NCBI RefSeq assembly: GCF_000012925.1
Contig: NC_007517.1
Coordinates: 3,150,001-3,182,000, forward strand
Source of the DNA: Geobacter metallireducens GS-15
Lineage (GTDB): Bacteria; Desulfobacterota; Desulfuromonadia; Geobacterales; Geobacteraceae
Reading direction: 5' to 3'
DNA length: 32,000 nt
The notes beneath the pieces were generated by a model. It did not search any database. It had not been told where the DNA came from and saw nothing but the letters and a program-made list of their open reading frames with translations. Shown piece after piece: positions 1 to 9,262 of this stretch. Each line of letters begins with the position of its first letter. Positions within the stretch are counted from its first letter, which is position 1. The translations under genes and the position numbers were made by a program.

Positions 1-489
1 ACGCCACCACCCGCCGGTACCCCTTGGGGGTGCCCGCCATGGGCCACGGGAACCGCGCCGCCTCCTCAGCCGTGTAGCAGGGACCGATGGGCTTGGTGGG
101 GGTGCGGAATGCGGGATCATCCTCCGCCACCTGCACGTAGCTGATGAGGCTCACCAGAAACCGTTTTTCCCCACCGAGGGCCAGAAGCTCGCTTTCCAGG
201 CTCGATTCGATCATGTAGCCGATCTGTCCCTGGGTCTGGGCCACCAGGACCTCCAGGGGCATGGCCGGCACCTCCGGGCAGCTCTCCTGCTGCATCAGGA
301 GGTTTCCCACCTGGGGACCGTTGCCGTGGGTGATGATGATCCGGTAGCGGTCCGCCAGGCGCGCGATCTGCTCCATGGGGCGCCTCAGGTTGGCGAACTG
401 CTCCGCGCAGGTCCCCTGCTCTCCCTGGCGGATCAGGGCATTGCCGCCGAGGGCGATCAGGAGGATGGGGCGGTTCACGGTGTGGGTCA
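1..489 (-). CDS. arcC: carbamate kinase, N-terminal ~163 aa (gene continues past window start)
   Basis: Absent from the ORF track because it runs off the window. Reverse-strand translation from the ATG at 489 gives MTHTVNRPILLIALGGNALIRQGE...RIIITHGNGPQVGNLLMQQ...PTKPIGPCY. GGNAL and HGNGPQVG are the carbamate kinase / amino-acid kinase N-terminal signatures. Confidence 0.8.
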
Positions 490-580
490 TGGTGGGTCCT
501 CTCCCCGGTGTGAATTCATGAGAGTCTCTGCAATGGTACCACAGAGATGGCCCCGATGCAGGCGACGACATTGACAAGGG

Positions 581-609
581 GGGATTCGGGGGATTTACTT
601 GAAAGACAT
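581..609 (+). promoter_or_regulatory. candidate sigma70 promoter (TTGACA-17 nt-TTTACT) in the divergent arcC / 634-1728 intergenic region
   Basis: TTGACA at 581-586, a 17-nt spacer, then TTTACT at 604-609, about 25 nt upstream of the ATG at 634. Motif match only. Confidence 0.3.
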
Positions 610-633
610 CATTCAACCCCACGAGGTACGCGT

Positions 634-1728
634 ATGCCACCCTTCCCGCCGTATATCCCCCCCGATTTCACCCGTCCCGACCTGGCAGCCGCCCCTCCGG
701 CCAGCACGGAGAAGGCTCCCCGCGACGGCGTGCTCCCCGCCGGCTTCCACGCCACGTCCAACCACCCGGAGTATGTCCACCTAGGGGGCGGGAGGTGGCT
801 CCTGGCCGTCGAGAGCAGAATGGATGCGGTTCTCGTTCTTGAGGATGAGGGAGTGAGGGTGGTGGAGCCCCGCTTGGTGCGGGAGGGGGAAAGGGTCGTC
901 ATGGGGCGCGCGGAGAACGGCGAGGATGGCATCTACGTACACACCACGGGATTCGAACCGCTGGCGGATGCCTCATCGGGCGACAAATTCGGCTTCCGGA
1001 GCCGCGGCACCCGGGAGACCCCCTTTTCCCGCTCCTACGACGAGCTGTACGACATCCTGCGCCACGACCGCGACAACGGCTCTATCGTCTGGGTTCTTGG
1101 TCCCGCCGTGGCCTTCGACCGGGACAGCCGCGACGCCATGGCCAGCCTGGTCGGTGCCGGCTACTGTCATGCCCTCCTGGCCGGCAACGCCCTGGCCACC
1201 CACGACCTGGAGGCGGCCTTCTTCCACACCGGGCTCGGCCAGGACATCTACACCCAGGCCCTGGTTCCCCGGGGACACTACAACCATCTGGACGTCATCA
1301 ATGAGGTGCTGCGCCACGGCTCCCTGGAGCGGGCCATGGCCGAGCTGGGGATCGGGGACGGGATCATCCGGGCCTGCCTGGAGCGCCGGGTGCCGGTGGT
1401 CCTGGCGGGCTCCATCCGCGACGACGGGCCGCTCCCCGAGGTCATCACCGACTCCGGCCGGGCCCAGGACGCCATGCGGGTCCACGCCCGCCGCGCCACC
1501 ACCGTCATTGCCCTTGCCACCCAGCTCCACGCCATCGCCGTCGGGAACATGACGCCGGGCTACCGGGTCATGGACGACGGTACGGTGCGGCCGGTCTATT
1601 TCTATGTCGTCGACATGTCCGAATTCATCGCCGACAAGCTGGCCAACCGGGGCTCCGCCCAGGCCCGGGCCATCCTGACCAACGCCCAGGACTTCATGGT
1701 GAACCTCTGGCACAACCTGCGGGGGTGA
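634..1728 (+). CDS. LOR/SDH-like (TIGR00300-type) protein, possibly an archaeal-type ornithine cyclodeaminase-like enzyme
   Basis: ORF 547..1728. I prefer the internal ATG at 634 (MPPFPPYIPP...). High-GC codon usage and a long uninterrupted frame. The segment WVLGPAVAFDRDSRDAM...LLAGNALATHDLE...VVLAGSIRDDGPLPEV resembles, from memory, the deoxyhypusine-synthase-like C-terminal fold of the LOR/SDH family. The function is an inference. Confidence 0.55.
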   Translation: MPPFPPYIPPDFTRPDLAAAPPASTEKAPRDGVLPAGFHATSNHPEYVHLGGGRWLLAVESRMDAVLVLEDEGVRVVEPRLVREGERVVMGRAENGEDGIYVHTTGFEPLADASSGDKFGFRSRGTRETPFSRSYDELYDILRHDRDNGSIVWVLGPAVAFDRDSRDAMASLVGAGYCHALLAGNALATHDLEAAFFHTGLGQDIYTQALVPRGHYNHLDVINEVLRHGSLERAMAELGIGDGIIRACLERRVPVVLAGSIRDDGPLPEVITDSGRAQDAMRVHARRATTVIALATQLHAIAVGNMTPGYRVMDDGTVRPVYFYVVDMSEFIADKLANRGSAQARAILTNAQDFMVNLWHNLRG

Positions 1729-1741
1729 GTGCGCGGGAGAA

Positions 1742-3472
1742 CTACCCCCCGTTGGCCGGCAGCAGAAAACAGAACGTGCTCCCTTCTCCCTGGCGGCTTT
1801 CCACCGTAATGCTCCCCCCCATCAACTCGACCAGCCGCTTGCAGATGGAGAGCCCCAATCCCGTTCCTTCGTATTTTCGGCTCAAGCCGGTGTCAACCTG
1901 ATGGAACGGCTTGAAGAGGCGTTCCAGATCCTCTTCCTTGATGCCGATGCCGGAATCGGCGACGCTGGTGACGTACCACTCCGATTCGCGGGAGCAACGC
2001 ACGCTGATGGTCCCCTGTTCGGTGAACTTGACCGCGTTGCTGAGTAGATTCAGCAGCACCTGTTCCACGCGCCGCTGGTCGCTGACGATGCTTCCCACAT
2101 CATCCGCGATTTCCAGGATGAGGCGCAGACCTTTTTTGTCAACGAGGCCGGCCACCGATTGGGTGACCTTCTGAACGGACTCCCGCAGTTGGAACGGCTC
2201 AGGAGATATCTTCAACTGCCCCGCCTCGATCTTGGAGATATCGAGAACGTCGCTGATCAGGGAAAGCAGGTGGTTGGCGCTATGCCTGACCATGGTCAGC
2301 TGCTTGGCCTGTTCGTCATTGATGGGGCCGCCCAGCCCCTGCAGCAGGATGCCGGTAAAGCCGATGATGGAGTTGAGGGGGGTCCGCAGTTCATGGGACA
2401 TGGTGGCGAGAAAGGCGGATTTCAGCTGGTCGGCCGCCTCGGCCCGCTCCTTGGCCACCGCGAGCTCGGCAGTTCGCTCCCTGACGAGATCCTCCAGATT
2501 TTCCCGGTACTTCCGAAGCTCCTCTTCGGCCATTTTGCGCTCGGCCAGTTCCTGCTCCAGCTGCGCCGTGCGGAGCTTGACGGTCCGCCGGAGCGTGCGG
2601 TTCCAGAGGATGAACCCGGTCACCGTCATTATGACAACCACCCCCAGGATAAGGCCCGAAACTTGCAGCCAGACAGGCAGTTTGAACTGCACGTCTTCCG
2701 AGGTCCAGCGGTTCAGCGATGCATAATAGGCCGACCGGGGGTCCTTTTTCAGCTCCGCGAGGTGACGGTCGATGGCGTCCAGCAGGTGACGGGAAGCATC
2801 CCGGGGCGCGGCAAAAAAGAAGGGGGCGGGGTCGAACATGATCGGCGTATCTTCCAGCCCCGACTCTCTCGCGTGCCTCAACCCGTAGAAACGGTTGGTG
2901 ACGGCGGCATCAATCTTGCCATTGGCAAGCATGTCGAACTCGGTCTTGTAATCGGGCACGGGGATGAGGGTGATCTTCAACCCGAAGCTGCTGGCGAGCC
3001 TCCTGAAGGTTTCAAACTGGATCGTCTGCTCCAGGGCGGCAACCCGTTTTCCGTTCAGGTTCAGGATCGATTGGATGCCGCTCCCCTTGCGGGCATACAC
3101 CTGGGACCAGCCGGTGAGAACCGGAATCCTGTGGAAGGAGTAGAGGTTTTCCCGCTCGGCCGTATAGGCCACGTCCGGCATGAGGTCGATCTCCCCTTTC
3201 GCGAGCCGATCCAGGCCTTCCACCCAGGTGCCGTGCACATAGTGCAGGTTCCACCCCTCGGTTTTCGCGATGTGCTCGATAATATCGATGAAGATGCCCG
3301 ACGGTTTGCCGGAGTCGTCGGTGAAGATCTTGGGGGAGTTTTCATAGACACCGACGGTCACGACCCGGGCCTCGGCTCCGGCAGTGGGGATTGCGAGGTT
3401 GGAAAAAGTGAGCAGCGCGATGAGGAGCACCAGGAAACAGCTTCGACATGCCATGCCGCTTTTCGTCATCAT
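1742..3472 (-). CDS. sensor histidine kinase with periplasmic solute-binding (SBP_bac_3-like) domain, TM helix, coiled coil, HisKA and HATPase_c
   Basis: ORF 1742..3592. The likely start is [21 protein letters not shown] (signal/TM) at 3472, because the longer N-terminus would overlap the divergent gene at 3561. H-box [11 protein letters not shown]; G-boxes DSGIGI and GTGLGLSI. Confidence 0.9.
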   Translation of the reverse strand: MMTKSGMACRSCFLVLLIALLTFSNLAIPTAGAEARVVTVGVYENSPKIFTDDSGKPSGIFIDIIEHIAKTEGWNLHYVHGTWVEGLDRLAKGEIDLMPDVAYTAERENLYSFHRIPVLTGWSQVYARKGSGIQSILNLNGKRVAALEQTIQFETFRRLASSFGLKITLIPVPDYKTEFDMLANGKIDAAVTNRFYGLRHARESGLEDTPIMFDPAPFFFAAPRDASRHLLDAIDRHLAELKKDPRSAYYASLNRWTSEDVQFKLPVWLQVSGLILGVVVIMTVTGFILWNRTLRRTVKLRTAQLEQELAERKMAEEELRKYRENLEDLVRERTAELAVAKERAEAADQLKSAFLATMSHELRTPLNSIIGFTGILLQGLGGPINDEQAKQLTMVRHSANHLLSLISDVLDISKIEAGQLKISPEPFQLRESVQKVTQSVAGLVDKKGLRLILEIADDVGSIVSDQRRVEQVLLNLLSNAVKFTEQGTISVRCSRESEWYVTSVADSGIGIKEEDLERLFKPFHQVDTGLSRKYEGTGLGLSICKRLVELMGGSITVESRQGEGSTFCFLLPANGG

Positions 3473-3560
3473 ACCATGCACTCCGCTCATTAATTGTTGC
3501 CAAAAAACCGACATACGGTAAGATACAGTACGCACTAGATCAAGCCAAAAGGACTGTATC

Positions 3561-3929
3561 GTGAACAACAAAATTCTCATCATCGAAGACAACGAGCAGA
3601 ACCTCTACCTCCTGTCGTTCATCCTTGAGAAGCACGGTTACGAAGTCTTCGCCGCCATGGACGGGTTCGAGGGGATCGCCCTTGCCGACAGTGTCCGGCC
3701 AACCCTCATATTGCTGGATATCCAGCTCCCTGAAATGGACGGCTACGACGTAGCCCGCAAACTCAGGGCCAATCCTTCCCTGGCTGATGTCCCCATAGTT
3801 GCCGTCACGTCATACGCCATGGCCGGAGACCGGGAAAAAGCCCTGATCGCCGGTTGCAGCGGCTATATCGAGAAGCCGATCAATCCCGACACCTTCATGC
3901 AGCAGGTCAAGGAGCACTTGCCGGCCTAA
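3561..3929 (+). CDS. single-domain CheY-like response regulator
   Basis: 122 aa with a GTG start. [10 protein letters not shown]...[12 protein letters not shown]...VTSYAM...KP matches the receiver-domain acidic pocket, phospho-Asp, T and K positions. Confidence 0.9.
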   Translation: MNNKILIIEDNEQNLYLLSFILEKHGYEVFAAMDGFEGIALADSVRPTLILLDIQLPEMDGYDVARKLRANPSLADVPIVAVTSYAMAGDREKALIAGCSGYIEKPINPDTFMQQVKEHLPA

Positions 3930-3950
3930 TCTGTCCAGAGGAGAGAAGGC

Positions 3951-5342
3951 ATGACTCGAATCCTGATCGTCGATGACAACGAGCAGAACCTCTACATGCT
4001 GGAGGTTTTACTCTCCGCGCACGGTTTTCAGGCACTCTCGGCGACAAACGGAGCCGAAGCCCTGGCACTGGCCCAGGCCTCCCCCCCCGATCTCATCATC
4101 AGCGACATCCTCATGCCGGTCATGGATGGGTACGCATTCTGTCGCGAATGCAAGAAGACGGCCCAGCTGAATGATGTGCCGTTCATATTCTACACCGCCA
4201 CCTTCACCGAGGCAGAGGACGAGAAGCTCGCCCTGAGCCTCGGCGCCGACCGCTTTCTCCTCAAGCCTCAGGAGCCGGATGAGATGATGCGGATTGTCCG
4301 CGAGCTGCTCGCCGTGCCGCGGCCCGGAACCGGCCGAGAGCCGTCGGAGAAAGGTCAGGAGCAGGCTGAACACCTCCAGAAGTATGGCGAAGCGCTGTTC
4401 CGGAAGCTGGAAAAAAGGATGGCCGACCTGAAGCAGGCCAACCGGGCGCTGGAACACGAGATCGAAGAGCGCAAAAAGGCCGAACTGGAACTGCAGCAAG
4501 TGAACCGGACCCTCGAAGAACGGGTCGCCGAGCGCACTGCCCTGCTGGCAGCAGCCAACGGGCAGTTGCAGGAGGAAGTCCAGCGCTCCAGGCAGGCCCA
4601 GAACGAGATCGCCCTGCTGAACGACGTTCTGGTGAGGCGGACCGAATCGCTGGAAGGGCTGAACCGGGAACTGGAGGCTTTCAGCTCGGCGGTCACCCAT
4701 GACCTCCAGGCGCCGCTTCGGAGCATCATCGGATACGCCGGCATCGTGCGCGAGGAGTGCGAAAATGCGGTCGACGGGTCGGTGCTCGAATATATCGGCA
4801 GAATCGAGCGGAGCGTCAACAGGATGAACGAGCTGATCGAGGCGCTGCGGGACCTGTCGCAGGCCAGCTCCGCGGCGTTGCATCCCGACACCGTCAACCT
4901 GAGCACCATCGTCCGGGAGATCATCTCCGCCCTGCAGGAAGCGGACTCGGAGCGCCGCGTGACCTTTGTCATAGCCGACGGCGTGACCGCGGAGGCGGAC
5001 AGGCCGCTGATCACATCGGTCATCGACAACCTGCTCAACAACGCCTGGAAGTACAGCCGGCGGAATGAAACGGCGCGGATAGAATTCGGCGCCCTGGAGA
5101 AAGACCAGGAGCACGTCTATTTCGTCAGGGATAACGGCGCCGGTTTTGACATGAAGTACGCTTCGAAGCTTTTTACCCCCTTCCAGCGCCTGCATCGGCA
5201 GGATGAATTCGAAGGGACGGGGGTCGGGCTGGCAACCGTCCAGCGGATCATTCACCGCCACGGCGGCAGGATCTGGGCGGAAGCAAAAGTGGCTGAAGGG
5301 GCAACGTTCTATTTTACCCTCAGTCGGGCAATGCATGGTTAA
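3951..5342 (+). CDS. hybrid response-regulator receiver / histidine kinase (REC-coiled coil-HisKA-HATPase_c)
   Basis: 463 aa. N-terminal receiver (ILIVDDNEQN...ISDILMPVMDGY), a long coiled coil, H-box THDLQAPLRSI, N-box NLLNNAWKY, G-boxes DNGAGFD and GTGVGLA. Confidence 0.9.
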   Translation: MTRILIVDDNEQNLYMLEVLLSAHGFQALSATNGAEALALAQASPPDLIISDILMPVMDGYAFCRECKKTAQLNDVPFIFYTATFTEAEDEKLALSLGADRFLLKPQEPDEMMRIVRELLAVPRPGTGREPSEKGQEQAEHLQKYGEALFRKLEKRMADLKQANRALEHEIEERKKAELELQQVNRTLEERVAERTALLAAANGQLQEEVQRSRQAQNEIALLNDVLVRRTESLEGLNRELEAFSSAVTHDLQAPLRSIIGYAGIVREECENAVDGSVLEYIGRIERSVNRMNELIEALRDLSQASSAALHPDTVNLSTIVREIISALQEADSERRVTFVIADGVTAEADRPLITSVIDNLLNNAWKYSRRNETARIEFGALEKDQEHVYFVRDNGAGFDMKYASKLFTPFQRLHRQDEFEGTGVGLATVQRIIHRHGGRIWAEAKVAEGATFYFTLSRAMHG

Positions 5343-5365
5343 CTGGTTGCCCTCTCCCCCTCGGC

Positions 5366-5385
5366 GCCGGGCATTTCTTCCCGGC
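5366..5385 (+). terminator. weak hairpin downstream of the hybrid kinase gene
   Basis: GCCGGG-CATTTCTT-CCCGGC, a 6-bp stem 24 nt after the stop at 5342. There is no clear T-run. Confidence 0.25.
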
Positions 5386-5650
5386 CTTCTGCTGCTCCCA
5401 TCGCCATCGAAATTCCGGAGTTCCATTCGTCGTTTCGCGCTCCGCCCTTCATCGGCTGGTCAGGCCGACTACTATGGCTTCTGCTGACTTCTGCCGAACA
5501 TGAGGAAGCTGCTTTTCAGCTCCCCTGCACCGGATTTCGCCAGTGCGAGAGCTGAACCTGCCCCGCCGCGGCGAAGACTGCGTGGGAAACCTCATTGTCG
5601 GCCAGGAATCCCTGGAGCGGTATTTTCGCATGACGCAACGGCCCATAATC

Positions 5651-5719
5651 TGCCAACGGCTGAGGGCGCAGCGGCGGCGCGGGTTCACCGCGCCGACCGT
5701 CTGGCGCGCTTTGTTATGC
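5651..5719 (-). other. candidate attC site (last recognisable one, downstream of arsM)
   Basis: Minus strand reads GCATAAC-(55 nt GC-rich imperfect palindrome including GGCGCGG-TGAAC-CCGCGCC)-GTTGGCA and starts directly after the arsM stop. Both R boxes deviate from consensus, so the call is weaker than for the others. Confidence 0.4.
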
Positions 5720-6520
5720 CTATGGTTTTATTGCTTCGATAGTTGCCGAAACTACATAGTCCTCTATTTTGCTTCCCGGCATCCAGTCACGGATGAATGC
5801 TCTGCTCTCCGTTTTTGGATTGATTCGAATATTCACGAAGCCGGTTCGCTCCAACATGGATTCAATTTCCTCGATCGAAGATGCGCCTGCTATGCATCCG
5901 GTGTGGAACGCCATATTATTTTTAATGTCCCCGGGCATTTCGGCGGTGGCAACTACATCGGAAATTGCCAGCCGTCCGCCCGACTTCAAGACACGGAAGG
6001 ACTCGCTAAACACCTTTGCTTTTTCTGGAGATAGGTTGATTACACAATTCGAGATGATGACGTCCACAATGCCATCGGCAACCGGAAGGTTTTCCAACTC
6101 CCCTAATCGAAAATCGACGTTCCCGAAATTGGCTTTATCCGCATTGCGGCGGGACTTCGTAATCATTTCCGGCGTCATGTCAACTCCTATGACATGTCCT
6201 GTGTGGCCGACAGCCCGAGCCGCAAGGAAGCAGTCGAACCCTCCGCCGCTACCAAGGTCGAGCACCGTTTCGCCAAGCTGCAAAGACGCAATGGCCTGCG
6301 GATTGCCGCACCCAAGCCCCAGGTTCGCACCCTCAGGAACAGCCGCCACATCTTCGCCTGAGTAACCCAAGCCAAGCGAGATGTCTTCTGTCGTAGCACC
6401 ATTAGGCGTTCCACAGCACGATGAAGAAGAGCAACCGCAACCTGCCCCACCTGATACGGCAACCTTTCCATAATTCTCCCGAACTGCACCGCGAATCTCT
6501 TCATTCCTTTGCTTGTCCAT
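5720..6520 (-). CDS. arsM: arsenite S-adenosylmethionine methyltransferase (ArsM-type)
   Basis: ORF 5720..6535. Start taken at MDKQRNEE (6520), with GGAGGTG 6 nt upstream. SAM motif VLDLGSGGG. The three ArsM cysteines are in their typical contexts: LGCGNP, ISNCVINL, HTGCIAGA. N-terminal Cys-rich stretch GCGCSSSSCCG. Confidence 0.85.
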   Translation of the reverse strand: MDKQRNEEIRGAVRENYGKVAVSGGAGCGCSSSSCCGTPNGATTEDISLGLGYSGEDVAAVPEGANLGLGCGNPQAIASLQLGETVLDLGSGGGFDCFLAARAVGHTGHVIGVDMTPEMITKSRRNADKANFGNVDFRLGELENLPVADGIVDVIISNCVINLSPEKAKVFSESFRVLKSGGRLAISDVVATAEMPGDIKNNMAFHTGCIAGASSIEEIESMLERTGFVNIRINPKTESRAFIRDWMPGSKIEDYVVSATIEAIKP

Positions 6521-6609
6521 TTTGCACCTCCTCAATAGGGTTTATGAGCAGCGCTCACCCTATAGACGGCAAAAGATCAAAAAGGACGCAACATTAACGC
6601 TGCTGGTAA

Positions 6610-7158
6610 TCAGCAAGCATCACAAGCTTTGCCTTTGCGTTCGTAATCGCAGAGCCGTCCGTTATGGTCTAACTCAAGCCGGCAGCAATCAGCTATCATT
6701 CCCTTCAGCAGAGCGCGTCCGCGCTGTACTCGCGATTTGGCGCCGGAAAGTGACGTCCCCAGCACCTCCGCAACCTCCCTTTGCGTCAAGCCTTCCAATT
6801 CCGACAGAATGATCGCTTCCCGATAAATCTCCGGCAACCGTTGTATCATGGGCTGAAGACAGTCGGACAACTCTTGAACGGCCTTTTCGCCCGGATTCGA
6901 TTCCGGGTGCGCCAACGACACAGGAATACCGGTCGAGGCCTTTTGCGAGCGATAAAGATCGATGATGGCATTTCGCGCAATCTGGTAGAGCCAGCTTTGC
7001 AGCTTTGTCCCGTCCTTCAGGGACGGCAGTCCGGCATGCATCTTCAGGAATACGTTTTGAAGAGTGTCATCTGCAACTGCGTCATCGGCAATCCTGCTCT
7101 TGATGAAGGCGCGAAGCCTTAAATGATATTCTTGCCAAATTTGTTCTGATGTCTTCAT
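6610..7158 (-). CDS. ECF-type sigma-70 family sigma factor with a C-terminal Cys-rich tail (SigZ/CorE-like)
   Basis: ORF 6610..7230. Start at MKTSEQIWQEY (7158), 14 nt downstream of the attC R' box. Region 2 (LQNVFLKMH...SWLYQIARNAIIDLYR) and region 4 (ILSELEGLTQREVAEVLGTSLSGAKSRVQRGR) are recognisable. The tail reads ADCCRLELDHNGRLCDYERKGKACDAC. Confidence 0.85.
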   Translation of the reverse strand: MKTSEQIWQEYHLRLRAFIKSRIADDAVADDTLQNVFLKMHAGLPSLKDGTKLQSWLYQIARNAIIDLYRSQKASTGIPVSLAHPESNPGEKAVQELSDCLQPMIQRLPEIYREAIILSELEGLTQREVAEVLGTSLSGAKSRVQRGRALLKGMIADCCRLELDHNGRLCDYERKGKACDAC

Positions 7159-7171
7159 TGTAAATTCTCTG

Positions 7172-7244
7172 GCATAACGGGTCACGCAGTTGACCCGTTC
7201 GGGCAGCTTTTCCGCCCGACCGGTGTCCAACTGACCAGTTGGGA
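7172..7244 (-). other. attC site between the methyltransferase cassette and the sigma/arsM cassette
   Basis: Minus strand: TCCCAAC-T-GGTCA-GTTG-GAC-ACCGGTCGGGC-GGAAAAGCT-GCCCGAACGGGT-CAAC-TGCG-TGACC-C-GTTATGC, 73 nt. AAC pairs with GTT, GGTCA with TGACC, GTTG with CAAC and CGGGC with GCCCG, with bulged bases. The next gene starts 14 nt after R'. Confidence 0.6.
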
Positions 7245-7348
7245 CTTCTCCTTTTTAGCCTTCTGCCTTTTTACTTTTGTCTCGTGTCCAGGGCTGATCT
7301 CTTTGGGTTGTCTCCAGCCATTGACGATCCACCGGATGCGTCAACGCA

Positions 7349-8095
7349 TCACCGTGACATCAGCGCGAATACACCCCAGCCCAGGTATTCACGCGTGTAA
7401 GCGGTGTAGCGCTCGGGTTCTGAGGTCAGTTGGGCTCGAACCTCTTTCGCTAACTCGTCGTCGGGATTGGCTTCAAGCCATCGGCGCATGGTGAGCCATT
7501 TGGCCGCCTCGTATCTGTCCCAGCCGTCTTGGTCAGCCAGAACCATTTCAACGACATCATAGCCAAGGTGGCCGAAAGACGCGATAAGTTCAGGAAGCAT
7601 GAGGAAGTCGGAGATTGAATTGGCAAGACACCCCTTGGCAACATCTTCCGTCGGCGGTAATTGCCGCCAGTAGGGCTCGCCGATGAGGATAATCCCTCCG
7701 GTGCGCAGGCTCCGCGCCAGAAGCTCGATAGTGCCGGCGACTCCCCCGCCGATCCAAGTGGCCCCGACACAGGCTGCCACACCGACCTTCTCGTCGGAGA
7801 CGTAACCGACAGCATCGCCATGGATGAACTTGACTTGATCGGCGACGCCAAGTTCTACAGCACGGAGTTTCGCTTGTTCGGTGAACAACCGGCTCATGTC
7901 GATGCCGGTGCCGATGACACCGTGATCGCGTGCCCAGGTGCATAGCATCTCTCCCGAACCGCTGCCGAGATCGAGCAAGTGGGCCCCCGTTTCCAGACGC
8001 AACGCCGCGCCGAGAGTGGCGAACTTTTCTGGTGTGAACGGGTTATGGATGCGGTGAGCACTTTCGGTTATGTTGAAGATCCGAGGTATGTCCAT
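7349..8095 (-). CDS. class I SAM-dependent methyltransferase
   Basis: ORF 7349..8146. Start at MDIPRIF (8095) with AAGGAG upstream. Motif I LLDLGSGSGE. The rest has a Rossmann-like pattern. Confidence 0.8.
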   Translation of the reverse strand: MDIPRIFNITESAHRIHNPFTPEKFATLGAALRLETGAHLLDLGSGSGEMLCTWARDHGVIGTGIDMSRLFTEQAKLRAVELGVADQVKFIHGDAVGYVSDEKVGVAACVGATWIGGGVAGTIELLARSLRTGGIILIGEPYWRQLPPTEDVAKGCLANSISDFLMLPELIASFGHLGYDVVEMVLADQDGWDRYEAAKWLTMRRWLEANPDDELAKEVRAQLTSEPERYTAYTREYLGWGVFALMSR

Positions 8096-8115
8096 TTCGG
8101 GAAATCTCCTTACAG

Positions 8116-9262
8116 ATGAATGGAATTCAGGGGACACCATACTCACGGAATTCAGACAGGAATTCAGGGGACACCATACTTATCTCAGTTGAATTAGGTA
8201 TGGTGTCCCCGGAACTCCCCGTCCCCGGAACTCCCCCACACCGGTTGCGGGAGACTCTGTTGCCGATCTCGGAGTCGTCGGCTCACCCTGGCAGGGAGCC
8301 GGTACGACCAGGCAGCTTCCACCAGCATCCGTCGGGCATGGCTGTTGCCGGTCTTTGTAATCCCTCCCCGCTTGGTTGTTTCGCCGCTCGAATGCTCCGA
8401 GGGGACAAGCCCGAGATAGGCCATTAACTGCCGGGGGTGATCGAATCGGCTCAAGTCACCGAGTTCCGCGACGGTCGTCACGGCAACCACCAGAGAGACA
8501 CCGCGCAATGCTTGGAGTGCTTCAACCACCGGACCAACGCGCCACTGCGTGACGAGCTGCCGAATCTGCTCTGTGAAGCGATCGATGCGTTCGCTACAGG
8601 CCCTCACCGCATCGACGTATTCCTGGAGCGTGATCTGCTGGGCCGGGTGCGGCATTTTAATGTCAGAGATCCAGCGCCAGTGGGCGAGGCTCCATAGGGT
8701 TTTGCCGCTGTAGCGAACCCCGCTGCGCAACAGGAATGCATTGAGCTGCTGCCGCGCTTTGCGTTCCGCGCTCTTGGCATCCTCTCGGGCACGGGAGAGG
8801 TCCCGCATCGCTTCGTCCTCAACGTGAGGCACGTAGACCGGCGTCAGTTCGCCAGCCCGGTGCAAACGGGCCAGCATCTCGGCATCCCGTCGGTCGTTCT
8901 TGATCCGGTTGCCGCTCTTCTTCGGGATCAGCGACGGCGCAACCACGATGCAGTCGAACCCCTGTCGGGTCAGGTGACGATAAATCTCATAGCCGCATGG
9001 CCCGGCTTCGTACACAAAATGAAGCTCGCGTCCTTGGGAGACCAGCTTCCGCACGACTTTGTCCAAGGAGTGCAGGTCGCCACCGACGCTTCCATAGTGG
9101 CGGACTTCATTGTCTCGCCCCCAATCGGCAAGAGCTATTTCGATGGAGTTCTTGTGAACATCAAGCCCGACATACGTGATAGACTTTTCCATGACCTGCC
9201 TCCTTGGTTGTGGCTCTGTACTGGTGGTTTCCCATCTCCAGCATAACCCACGTTTCCGCAAG
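8116..9262 (-). mobile_element. IS110-family insertion sequence; boundaries approximate
   Basis: Contains the DEDD-type transposase gene. The short non-coding ends carry repeats: a 22-mer x2 at 8122-8143 and 8159-8180, its inverted 13-mer at 8198-8210, and tandem 16-mers at 8205-8236. It lies between the stop of cassette 5 (9274) and the start of the methyltransferase cassette (8095), where an attC is expected. Confidence 0.6.
8194..9192 (-). CDS. IS110-family transposase (DEDD N-terminal domain plus Transposase_20-like C-terminal domain)
   Basis: ORF 8194..9261. Start at MEKSITYVGLDVHKNSIEIAL (9192) with AAGGAGG upstream. Also has EAGPCGYEIYR...VAPSLIP...KNDRRDA and GVSLVVAVTTVAELGD...LMAYLGLVPSEHSSG...GGITKTGNSHARR, typical of the IS110 family. 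Confidence 0.9.
   Translation of the reverse strand: MEKSITYVGLDVHKNSIEIALADWGRDNEVRHYGSVGGDLHSLDKVVRKLVSQGRELHFVYEAGPCGYEIYRHLTRQGFDCIVVAPSLIPKKSGNRIKNDRRDAEMLARLHRAGELTPVYVPHVEDEAMRDLSRAREDAKSAERKARQQLNAFLLRSGVRYSGKTLWSLAHWRWISDIKMPHPAQQITLQEYVDAVRACSERIDRFTEQIRQLVTQWRVGPVVEALQALRGVSLVVAVTTVAELGDLSRFDHPRQLMAYLGLVPSEHSSGETTKRGGITKTGNSHARRMLVEAAWSYRLPARVSRRLRDRQQSLPQPVWGSSGDGEFRGHHT

Noticed and set aside
6536-6609. Possible attC between the sigma factor gene and arsM.
   Set aside because: It has only a local hairpin (ATAGGG...CCCTAT with an inner TGAGC/GCTCA) and a distant CAGCAGCG/CGCTGCT pairing. There are no AAC...GTT boxes in the right geometry, so I treat it as a leader or attenuator-like hairpin within a two-gene cassette.
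7224-7244. Short palindrome GTCCAAC-TGACCA-GTTGGGAC, considered as a stand-alone minimal recombination site.
   Set aside because: It is better explained as the R''-proximal part of the larger 73-nt attC-like structure at 7172-7244.
8122-8180. Two identical 22-nt repeats spaced 37 nt apart, considered as a mini CRISPR array.
   Set aside because: There are only two copies and no cas genes. The repeats sit at the end of an IS110-family element and share an inverted copy inside the transposase 3' end, so terminal IS or target-site structure is the better explanation.
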